Positions 11,090 to 21,500 of a stretch of DNA of 30,623 nucleotides are shown here, one piece after another (within the stretch, counting starts at the first letter, position 1; each line of letters opens with the position of its first letter). The position numbers and the translations under genes were made by a program. The notes beneath the pieces were generated by a model, which saw nothing but the letters and a program-made list of their open reading frames with translations, did no database searches and was not told where the DNA came from. Source of the stretch: Tubiluchus corallicola. Its lineage: Eukaryota > Animalia > Priapulida. The stretch lies in the NCBI GenBank assembly GCA_030141605.1, contig JAQGDQ010001662.1, forward strand, positions 1-30,623, in the 5' to 3' direction.

Positions 11090-14000
11090 ATTTTAGAGGA
11101 TTAATTTTGCTAGCACATGGCCATTGATCCCAGCGGGTTGAATAATGGAAACCCTCATTCAGTGAACAGTTGTTAAAGAAAAACATGCAACTGAGTGTCT
11201 AATTATATAGTGACATTAACCAATAACCATGCAGAAAGTTACCGATAAAAAACAGAACCTGCAAATTTATGTGGCAATGTGCCAATACCTCACGATAAAC
11301 GGTTTATCAGACATTTGGAAAGAAACGGAAGAGAGTTTGACAGCTACAAGCAACACATCATCAATAAATACCAGATACTTTTTTGTAAATACAGATAGTA
11401 GGCCTAATCTGCACACAGGTCAAGTATATTAAATAAAGCTGACTGAAACTCACGTGCGAGCAAATATAGGCCTAATCTGCACTTTGGGCACCCTAAACTT
11501 TGACGTCCTTGACCACAAGTTACACAAGAGCTTCGTCAAAACAGTCACAACAGTATATAAGATGGCTCTCAACATAACTGGGTAATACTGAATCAGTTTG
11601 GCATAATTTCATTATTCAATTTCAAAAATGTTCAGCTAAATTGTTTCTGTTCGCTAGCTGGGACTATTTCACATTATCACTTCATAAGTAGTCATTTAGT
11701 CAGTCAGTCGGTTAGTCAGTCAGTCAGTCAACTAGTCAGTCTACCAGCTAATCAATCTCCGGGTTGGTCAATTTGTTTAAAAATTTGAATGATTGTAATT
11801 TGTAATCACGCATCTTTTTGTGTAATTTATGACTTTCTTGACAAAATAGAAATCTAATCAGTCAGTTGGTCAGTCAGTCAGTACTTAGTCAGTGTGAGCC
11901 AACCAACAAGTTATCCAGCTAGCCAGTCAGTTGTGTCCTTATCACTTTGCTTGCCAGTGAGTGAATAAGTAAGCCAGTCAGTCAGTGAGTTAATTCAAAA
12001 GTCAGCTAGCGATGGTATCAATCATCAACAGGAATTAATTAATCGGTCAATCAGTGAGTCAGTCTGTTAGAGAGTAAGTGAGTGAGTTAATCTGTCGATG
12101 TTGAGTTAATCAGTGTATCTGTCGAATCTTCTCCAAAGGACTCAGATGTAGAAACATTGGCGTGTGGCAGTACTTACCCACTGAAAAAGGAATCAATGCT
12201 TCATTATTTACAAGTGTTCCCTTGCTATCCAGGAATCTCTCGGGCTCAAAGTTTTGAGGATTTGGGAAGTACTTCGGGTCATTCATGATGTTAGCCATGT
12301 GAGGTATTACCATGGTTCTGGCAGGTATGTTGAACCCCCGAAACTTCACACCTCTGGTTGTGGCATGTGGTAGTCCCAGCGCTGAGCCGTTGCCTGTGAA
12401 AGAAAGAATTTAATAACTTCTAAAGCCTTTTCAATGGATAAACAAATTTTGGTTTAACCCTTATAGGGTCCCTGGGGGTAAAAAATTACCCCAGGCCGGT
12501 TTTTTGCATTTTACCCATTTACCATACGCATCCCAGTAAACCTTTTCTATGACTTTTTCTAAATATGTTTTGTGCACAAAATACTTTCAGTTATTTATTT
12601 TAGGCGCATTGTCTCACCACGAAATAAAAGTGAAAATACAATATGTCGATTTTTTAAAATTGGCGAAACTTTACTTCGCTTGTCTATACATTTATACGGG
12701 CGATGTATCTGATAAAACAAAATGTCAGTTACTCAAATTACTCCGCCTAAAAGAAGAAAGTAGTAGACAATAAATTCAAAATAACAATGATTTTTGCACA
12801 CGCGCTAGCAGTGTCGGTTGTCTACAGTTATTCCTGCATACATAAGGGAACGTAACTAAGTGAATTTAAATTTCGTATTACTAGTAAGTCACATGTCTTT
12901 AAACAGAGGTATAATGTATCCTATGGTGATCAGCATAACCACAAATTATGCTGTTGCTGTTGCTGTTTACTAATGCAACACGGCGGTTTATGAAAAGTAG
13001 TTTACGAATTATGGTGGGGGTAATTTTTAACCCCCCCCCCCGGTTGCCAAAACCGGTTGTAAAAAATCGTGACCCTATAAGGGTTAAGGTAATAGCACAC
13101 TTTCGATTTTTGTTAGTCCAAACTGTTGGCAAAATTCTTCAAAATTTTTTAACTAGTTTCTTTGTCTGGCTATATAGTTTTGTTGGCGCAAGTATGAGAT
13201 AGGCCACAACGGATTTCCTCTGTACAAAACTAGTCCGGAATGCGAAGCATTTGTTTACTCGCTTATTTAGTTTTTTGCCCAATAGTTACTGCCAATATGT
13301 GTTCTTCAGAACGTTATTTTATTGTTGTCATGGAATCCATTACATGTTTGTGTTGTTTAGAACGACATTAGCAATGCCGTAGCGTCCGTTTTGTTTTAAA
13401 AATTTAGAATACGAAGCTATACTCTGTGACGTCAGAATATAAAAATGGCTAATAAAAAGTTATTAGGTACATGAACAAAACAACAACAAGAATGAGACCG
13501 GGCTTTGCAACAAAACACATTTGTTTATAAGATTACATCACAAGCAAGCTACCCAAAAATGAATGAATGAATGAATGAATGTGTAAATGAGTGAGTGAGT
13601 GAGAGAGAGAGAGAGAGTGGGTGAGTCAGTGACTGAGTGAGTGAGCGAGCGAGTGAGTGAGTGAGTGAGTGAGTGAGTGAGAAAGAGAGGGTGATTTGAT
13701 TTTGATTTTGATTTAACTCTTTATTTCGAACCAGGTTCATAGAACACATAACAAACAATAATTACAAGACATACAATACTTATAACACCTCCTCTCAACA
13801 CATGCAAATTAATACAAAAATAAATAAAATAACAGTACAATCTATATATATATATATACAATATCATACTCCCAGCCTGAGTCGTCACTCGTAATTTCTA
13901 CCTAACACTTTCCTCCACTGGTCTCTTATGTCTGAAGTGTAAAATGCGTCACTGTTATTCAATGCGTTTATAAGAAGATTTGAGCTTTGCATTACTCTAC

Positions 14001-15479
14001 TGTATAGACTGTATGCAGTTTTCCTATGTATTACATCAAAGTATAAAACGTCGTGGTCTACTGAAATGGTCCTAGAACTATAATCATATGGGTAGTTGAA
14101 AAGTTTTCGTTTTGAAATGTTGTGAGCTACTTTAAGTTTGCTGAGACTGTAGTTATAAAAATGTCGCCAGGTGGCCATACCGTAGAAAGATTTACAAGAA
14201 GAGTTGAACAGATGAGTTTTGACATTAGGTGAACAATGATGAAATTTTTTAAGAATACGGTTCGCTCTAGCACAAAACAGACTTCGTTGTCTGATAACAT
14301 CCATGTCATCTTTGTTATCACTGGTGATGATATGGCCAAGATACTTTTCTGTTTCACACGGTATAATTATTTTACCGGCTACCTCAAGTGAACGGAAATT
14401 GAACCCAGAGAGAGAGTGAGAAAGAGAGCGCGTGAGTGACTTCATGCCACTTGATTCATAAACTGCAAGGCATGCTCATTCAACTTCTGTCTCCTAAATT
14501 ACGAAAGTGTGTAGCACATCAATGCCAAGAAGTGAAAACGACAGCTATGGAATTTCAGTCAAAGAAGAGGCCTAAGTCCAACATCAAACGTGCTCCTCTG
14601 ATATACCTGGTTTAGCTAGAATAAGTTATCAGTCTAACTCTTAGACTGTTAACTTGCTTAAGTACACAAATACCTTAATTCATCAATCCTGAGGTATGAA
14701 AAATAGCCTGGTACTAAGTTTTGCGATAAGGAGTTCTATAAATGTATGCACAGGTGACAAACAACTCAGTCAGGTGACCTTGGAAATTTCATTTTGCCAG
14801 GTCATTTCGTTCAAGTTTCTACTGCTGGTTAAGTAGATAACAGAAATGCGAATAAAATGACCTGCCAAAACGAATTTTCCAAGGTCATTACTCTCCATTG
14901 TTTGTTACCTTACGTACATTTATAGAACACCTTATCCTAAAACTCAATAGCACGTTATTTTACCATACAATTGGTGAATAACGGTGTTTGTTTGCTGTGC
15001 ACATATTTATAGAAATTGTCATCAAAAAATGGCATAAAAGAATTTGATATCTAGACGCACCACATCTGTAGATCTCTTGGATTGTTGCCATTGCGTACGG
15101 CATGTTGTCTTTGTCGTTCATAGATGGCTGTCGCGCAGCACCGACAATCTCATCAACTTCTTTCTGAAATCGACGTTGTACCTGCAAACCAGCAAATGGT
15201 ACCTGGTTTCAAACCTATTCAAAAAGAGCAATGAGGAGACTCGTAAATATTGTTTTTCCCCCGAATTTCATCCAAAAGCAAGGAAATCATTTTCTTCCTG
15301 GCTTACAATACGATATAGCTTTTTATAAATATAATTTGCAATAGATATTGTAAGTCGACGACGATGATGATGATGATAATAATAGTGATAATGACGACAA
15401 CAGTGCTGATGGCAATGGTTGTAATAATGATGATGACGACGACGACGACGACGATGATAATAATGATGATGACGAAGAC

Positions 15480-15536
<57 letters not shown>

Positions 15537-18500
15537 AATGACGACAATGATGATGATAATGATAGTGATAATGACGACAATTGCTGATGGCAATAGTTGC
15601 AGTGATGATGATGATGACGACAACTGCTGATGGCAATGGTTGTGGTGATGATGACGATGATAATGATGTTGATGATGACGGTGATGAGAGGGCGGTGATG
15701 ATGCTTGCGCACAGCTATATCTTTGCCAAAAACTTCAATTATCACTTAAAGGGCACAAACGTTTTTACACTGAAATCAATAATGCAGAACTTTTTACTCG
15801 ATACAAGTCATTAAAGGTACCAGTAAACATTGTAAAGCTTATAAACCAGAGAAAATATTCACTTGGTGTGCCGTGACTGCTACTATGAAAGAGTGGGTCC
15901 AGGTCCCTTGAGCTCACCCCCTAAATCCGCCACTGGTTGTGAAGGCACCTAATGGGTTTGTTATTTGGGTTTTACCTTGGGGCTGCGGCTCAGGTAGATC
16001 ATTCCCCATCGAATTCGAGTCGTTGTCGTTTCCGTTCCGGCAACCATGAAGTTGTGAATCACAATTTTCATCTCGTCTTCTATAACAACAAATCAACTTG
16101 TTACAAAATTAAAGCACAAGAAAACCCTCCACTTACATTGAGCTTAAAAAATTCTCTTGAAACTTTATGCCACTTACGTACTACCTTTTCGCATGCAGGG
16201 CTTGCATCGGCCGTAACGCTGTATAATACTTGTAAATTTAAACTCCCGCGATGACCGTTAGGTGCAGCCATTTTAATCGTAGGTCTTTTGAAACAAGTTT
16301 TGATGACATTAAGTAAAGTTTGAAAAAAATAATCAGAGTATTCGTAGGATGAACGTTGCTAATTCAGTAAAATTTTAAATTACTGTATCTTGTCAATAAG
16401 ATTAAAAATACGTTTTTGGCTAGTGAGTGGCGACATTTTACCAACAGTGATTGGCGACATTTTACCAAATGGCGACATTGTTTAAGAAATGGCGTACAAG
16501 CAGGCTCGGATTACCCTATGGCTAGAGCCTAGGGGCCTTAAAGCTTGGAGAAGCCCTCAAACTCTGGTAACATTTGGTAAAAAAAATTCTTTCAATCAAG
16601 TACTCATTAATAAACAACTTATACTAGAATCATCTATGTACTGCTGTAATAAGCGTAATAGTACACTAATTGTATTAATTTCACATGCATTGGATTTCTG
16701 AATTAAGTAATAACATTGTACATTACAATGTACAATTTACACTTTGTATGGGCTTATAGGCTTATGTACATCGAGAATCGTTTCTGTTATCGTATCTATT
16801 GTATGGGTTTTGTAAATTTTAATTAAGTATTAACTAATGAACTAGTCGTATTTTTTAATTAACTATTTTGAGTTATTACATACTCGAACTAACTAATTGC
16901 ATTTTCATCACTGCACATAGTGGAAATACTGTGATCAGTAATAGTTACTGTGTTGTAAATCAACTCAAAATAAATAAAGATTATATTTTAAAAAAATCGT
17001 TTTTCACTACGGTGACTTTGAAATAGGTGCTAATTTGGTTTGCAATAAATAGTAAAATTACAGGCGAGTGTAAAATAGTTTTCTTAAAAATGCTTTTATT
17101 GGCAAACAAAAGATAGCTGCTCTAGTTAAAATAATTTGCAGTAGGCTCACTTCAATCTATGTAGATGTCGCTAAAATATATTGCACGAGTAAAAGCTACA
17201 GTCAATCTGGTATATAAGGGAGACACCGGGACCGGAAAAAATCGTCCGTTATATCCAATGTCCGTTATAGCTGAAGTTGAGTCAGACCGAGAGTGTATCT
17301 AACTCTGTACTTTTCTGTACTTTTACTCATATTTTTATGGATCATTGCTACACATTCAGTGCAAACGGTATGTAGGAAGCTCCTTCAGTGATACGAGATG
17401 TATGAGACTGTGGCAACCGAGATATTCGAAGGTCGAGTTTGCGAAAAATTGAGGTTAAAAATCGACGAATTTCGCTTTGATCATAAGGTTCCTTATATGC
17501 GAGGTAATTTACCTGAGTTTCTATTACGCGGGACCTGAAGATATCGTCCCTTATAACCGAAAGTTCCTTATATCCGAGTACCTTATATATGAAGATTTCA
17601 CATAGGAAAAGCGTTACGAAAAATCGGGACCAGTGTTGGTGGTCCCCTTATAAACGAGTATCTTATATGCGAGGTAATTTACCTGGGTTTCTATTACGCG
17701 GGACCTGAAGACATCGTCCGTTATAACAGAAAGTCCCATATATACGAAGATTTTTACATAGGAAAAACGTTACGAAAAATCGGGACCGGTGTTGGTGGTC
17801 CCTTATAAGCGAGTATCTTATACCCGAGGTTGACTGTATTCAAGATGGGTGCGGGTGAGTTAGAGGCTGGCTAAATCTGAGGTGGGGCCCATATTTTCAT
17901 CAGCCTAAGGGCCCCAAAAGGCCTATCCTAATCCAAAGCCCAAAAAGCCTACAAGATCTTAATCAGAATACAGCTTAATTTCTACAGACCGCATATTGGG
18001 AGCAGCAAAACAATATTATTGACATCGTGCAGATTAAGTCAACAAGTTGCTGTATAACGTACGATAATAAGTAAATCAGGAGAAGGATGAGCAAGAAGTT
18101 AGGAGGCTATCTTTCTCGCGTTCATTTCCTTACCCTCCTTCTCACCCTCTAAACACAAATACGGTTCCTAGTGCCAGAAGACCTCAATAGAATCAAGTGT
18201 ACGTATGAGCGTGATATATCACTAAAAGCAGACCAGTGCTTCTGCCTAGGTCTGAGCTGTTAGAGTGAGAATTCAGAGTTGCTCTACTAGGTGGCGTAGA
18301 GTGTTTCACTAGCAGGGTCTTGCTTGGGAACAAAATAAAATAAACCAGGTAAGGCTTTGGCAGGTTGTTAAAACTGTTACTATGACAACAGTATTGACAA
18401 CGAGGCGTTGTCAAGTGCACGCAAATGATGCGTTGTAGGGCAAGCTTACCCTTTGACCTTTTCACGATCATCATCAATCAGTGGAACTGGGAAAAGGTTT

Positions 18501-21500
18501 ATTACTCTACTATAAGAACCAGTTTCATGTGAACTTTCTTCAGCATGAATTTCTTACCACTTACTTGTAAATCCGGACAGCGGGCAGTCCGATTTCTGAT
18601 GAATTTCGTTTATATAAGCATCGCAGAATCCCCGGATGTTGTTCCGGTCAAACGTGTTGATGTGCTGCTGAATGTGTTTGTTGATGAACTTGTAAGCACT
18701 GTTTCTGCAGTCTACTAACTGTTTTATACGTTTACGCAGCGAAGGTATGTACCTAAGACAAGACGAAATAACCTCAGTTTAAGTATTTATACCACAGCCT
18801 TCACAATTACAAACGGAAAGCTAGCTTGTTACAGGAAAGGAGTCACAATTACAAACGAAAAGCTAGCTCGTTCCAGGAAACGACTCACAATTACAAACGA
18901 AAAGCTAGCTTGTTACAGGAAAGGAGTCACAATTACAAACGAAAAGCTAGCTTGCTACAGGAATATGATTCACAATTACAAACGAAAAACTGGCTTGTTA
19001 CAGGAATATGATTACCAATTACAAGCGAAAAGCTGGCTTGTTACAGGAATATGATTCACAATTACAAGTGAAAAACTGGCTTGTTACAGGAATATGATTC
19101 ACAATTACAAGCGAAAAGCTAGCTTGTCACAGGAATATGATTCACAATTACAAGCGAAAAGCTGGCTTGTTACAGCAATATGATTCACAATTACAAGCGA
19201 AAAGCTGGCTTCTCACAGGAATATGATTCACAATTACAATCTAAACGCTGGCTTGTCACAGGAATATGATTCACAATTACAAGCGAAAAGCTGGCTTGTC
19301 ACAGGAATATGATTCACAATTACAAGCGAAAAGCTGGCTTGTCACAGGAATATGACTCACAATTACAAGCGAAAAGCTAGCTTGTCACAGGAATATGATT
19401 CACAATTACAAGCGAAAAGCTGGCTTGTCACAGGAATATGATTCACAATTACAAGCGAAAAGCTTCCTTGTCACAGGAATATGATTCACAATTACAAGCG
19501 AAAAGCTGGCTTGTCACAGGAATATGATTCACAATTACAAGCGAAAAGCTGGCTTGTCACAGGAATATGATTCACAATTACAAGCGAAAAGCTGGCTTGT
19601 CACAGGAATATGATTCACAATTACAAGCGAAAAGTTGGCTTGTCACAGGAATATGATTCACAATTACAAGCGAAAAGCTAGCTTGTCACAGGAATACGAA
19701 TCACAATTACAAACGAAGAGCTGGCTTGTTACAGGAATATGATTCACAATCACAAACGAAAAGCCAGCTTGTCACAGGAATATGATTCACAATTACAAAC
19801 GAAGAGCTGGCTTGTTACAGGAATATGATTCACAATCACAAACGAAAAGCTAGCTTGTCACAGGAATACGAATCACAATTACAAACGAAGAGCTGGCTTG
19901 TCACAGGAATATGATTCACAATCACAAACGAAAAGCTAGCTTGTTACAGGAATACGAATCACAATTACAAACGAAGAGCTGGCTTGTTACAGGAATATGA
20001 TTCACAATTACAAACGAAAAGTCGGCTTGTTACAGGAATATGATTCACAATTACAAACAGAAAACTTCATAGTTACATGAATTTGATTAACAATTATAAA
20101 CAGAAACCTACCTTGTTATAGGAATGTGATTCACTATTCCCGTGGCGGAAATCAGCTTGATTCCCTGACTGATCTTTGCCATTATCTCCAGGAACTCAGG
20201 ATCGTCGTAATCTTGTCTCTTCCCAAATATGACGGCTAGAATTATGTTTGTCATGGCGGCACTGACGGCGAACTGGGGGTCGAACGGTTTTCCTTTTTTC
20301 TGCCTAACGTAGTCTATGAATTCCCGGAATTCCCGGTGGATTTTTTCCTCCATTTTGGCTTTTCCCATTCCGAACTGGCGCAGTTTTGCGTAGGCGAACT
20401 TCCGCTGCTCACACCAGTGGGGACCTTCGGCATCAACAATACCTAATAGGAGAAAATCAATGGAGATCACTTTCACGTCTACGAACTCCATAACGAAGAA
20501 GTCCGGGGGAAAATTTGGAATTATCAACAACTATTTTACATCAGTGATGAAATCTTCTACATTTAATAAACCTTTTCACGGTTTCGTTGCGCGCACGCGC
20601 AGTTGCTGTAGGTCAAATGTTAAGTGGACCACAGCAATGTGTCTTAACTACAACCGTCACGTGACATGTGGGTAAAGTAAAGCCCAGTTCAGTAACTTCA
20701 GTTGTTTTCTTAAACTTTACTTGACTATGCGTTGGTCAGTACCTTCATGATCTTCACAACTAAATTTATGGTCAAGACATAAAACTAGAACAGTTAATGA
20801 CTGCTGCATTATCAATTAAAAGCGTGGTTTTCAAAAACTATCTTGAAATGCTAACATTGTCGATTTACGTTATATACAGAACACAGAATAATTCATTTGT
20901 CTCAACAACATAGTAAAAATATCATTAAGAAATGATGTGACAGCTACGAGAGAGACAGAGTGGCGAAAAGTCCGAAAGGTCATCGAGTCTACCACCCTTC
21001 TACTAAGTTGATAACGAAGTTCTATTTAGATTAGCATTGTGAGCTATGTAAATTAAACGGTTTAGAAATTTAAGTGTTACTATATTTTATCTTAAGCATT
21101 ATTCTTGTACACTGATAACAAAATTTTACTTTGATTAGCATTGTGAACAATGTAGATTAAACGTTAAAGATTTTAATGTTATTATGTTTTATCTTGAGCA
21201 TTATTCTTGTACACTGATAGCAAAATTCTACTTAGATTGAACAATGTAGATTAAACGTTAAAGATTTAAATGTTATTATATTTTACCTTAAGCATTATTC
21301 TTGCACACTGATAACACAATTCTACTTAGATTAGCACTGTGAACTATGTATATTAAACGTTAAAGATTTAAATGTTATTATATTTTATCTTAAGCATTAT
21401 TCTTGTACACTGATAACAAAATTCTACTTAAATTAGCACTGTGAACAATTTAGATTAAACGTTTTAAATTATTCAACATTTTGTCGTTTGGCATAACTGT

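Noticed and set aside
10736-11127. Ser/Leu/Pro-rich and Arg/Glu-rich ORFs
   Set aside because: Translations of the (CT)n tract.
15268-15814. Poly-His, poly-Ile, poly-Ser and poly-Met ORFs
   Set aside because: Translations of the (GAT)n tract within CYP intron 4.
15917-15935. CCCCCTAAATCCGCCACTG as a TIR transposon end
   Set aside because: Resembles a common TIR end, but no partner end or target duplication was found.
2908-18296. CTCF-like cores at 2908, 9414, 9632 and 18284
   Set aside because: Partial matches only; cannot be supported without a matrix scan or ChIP data.
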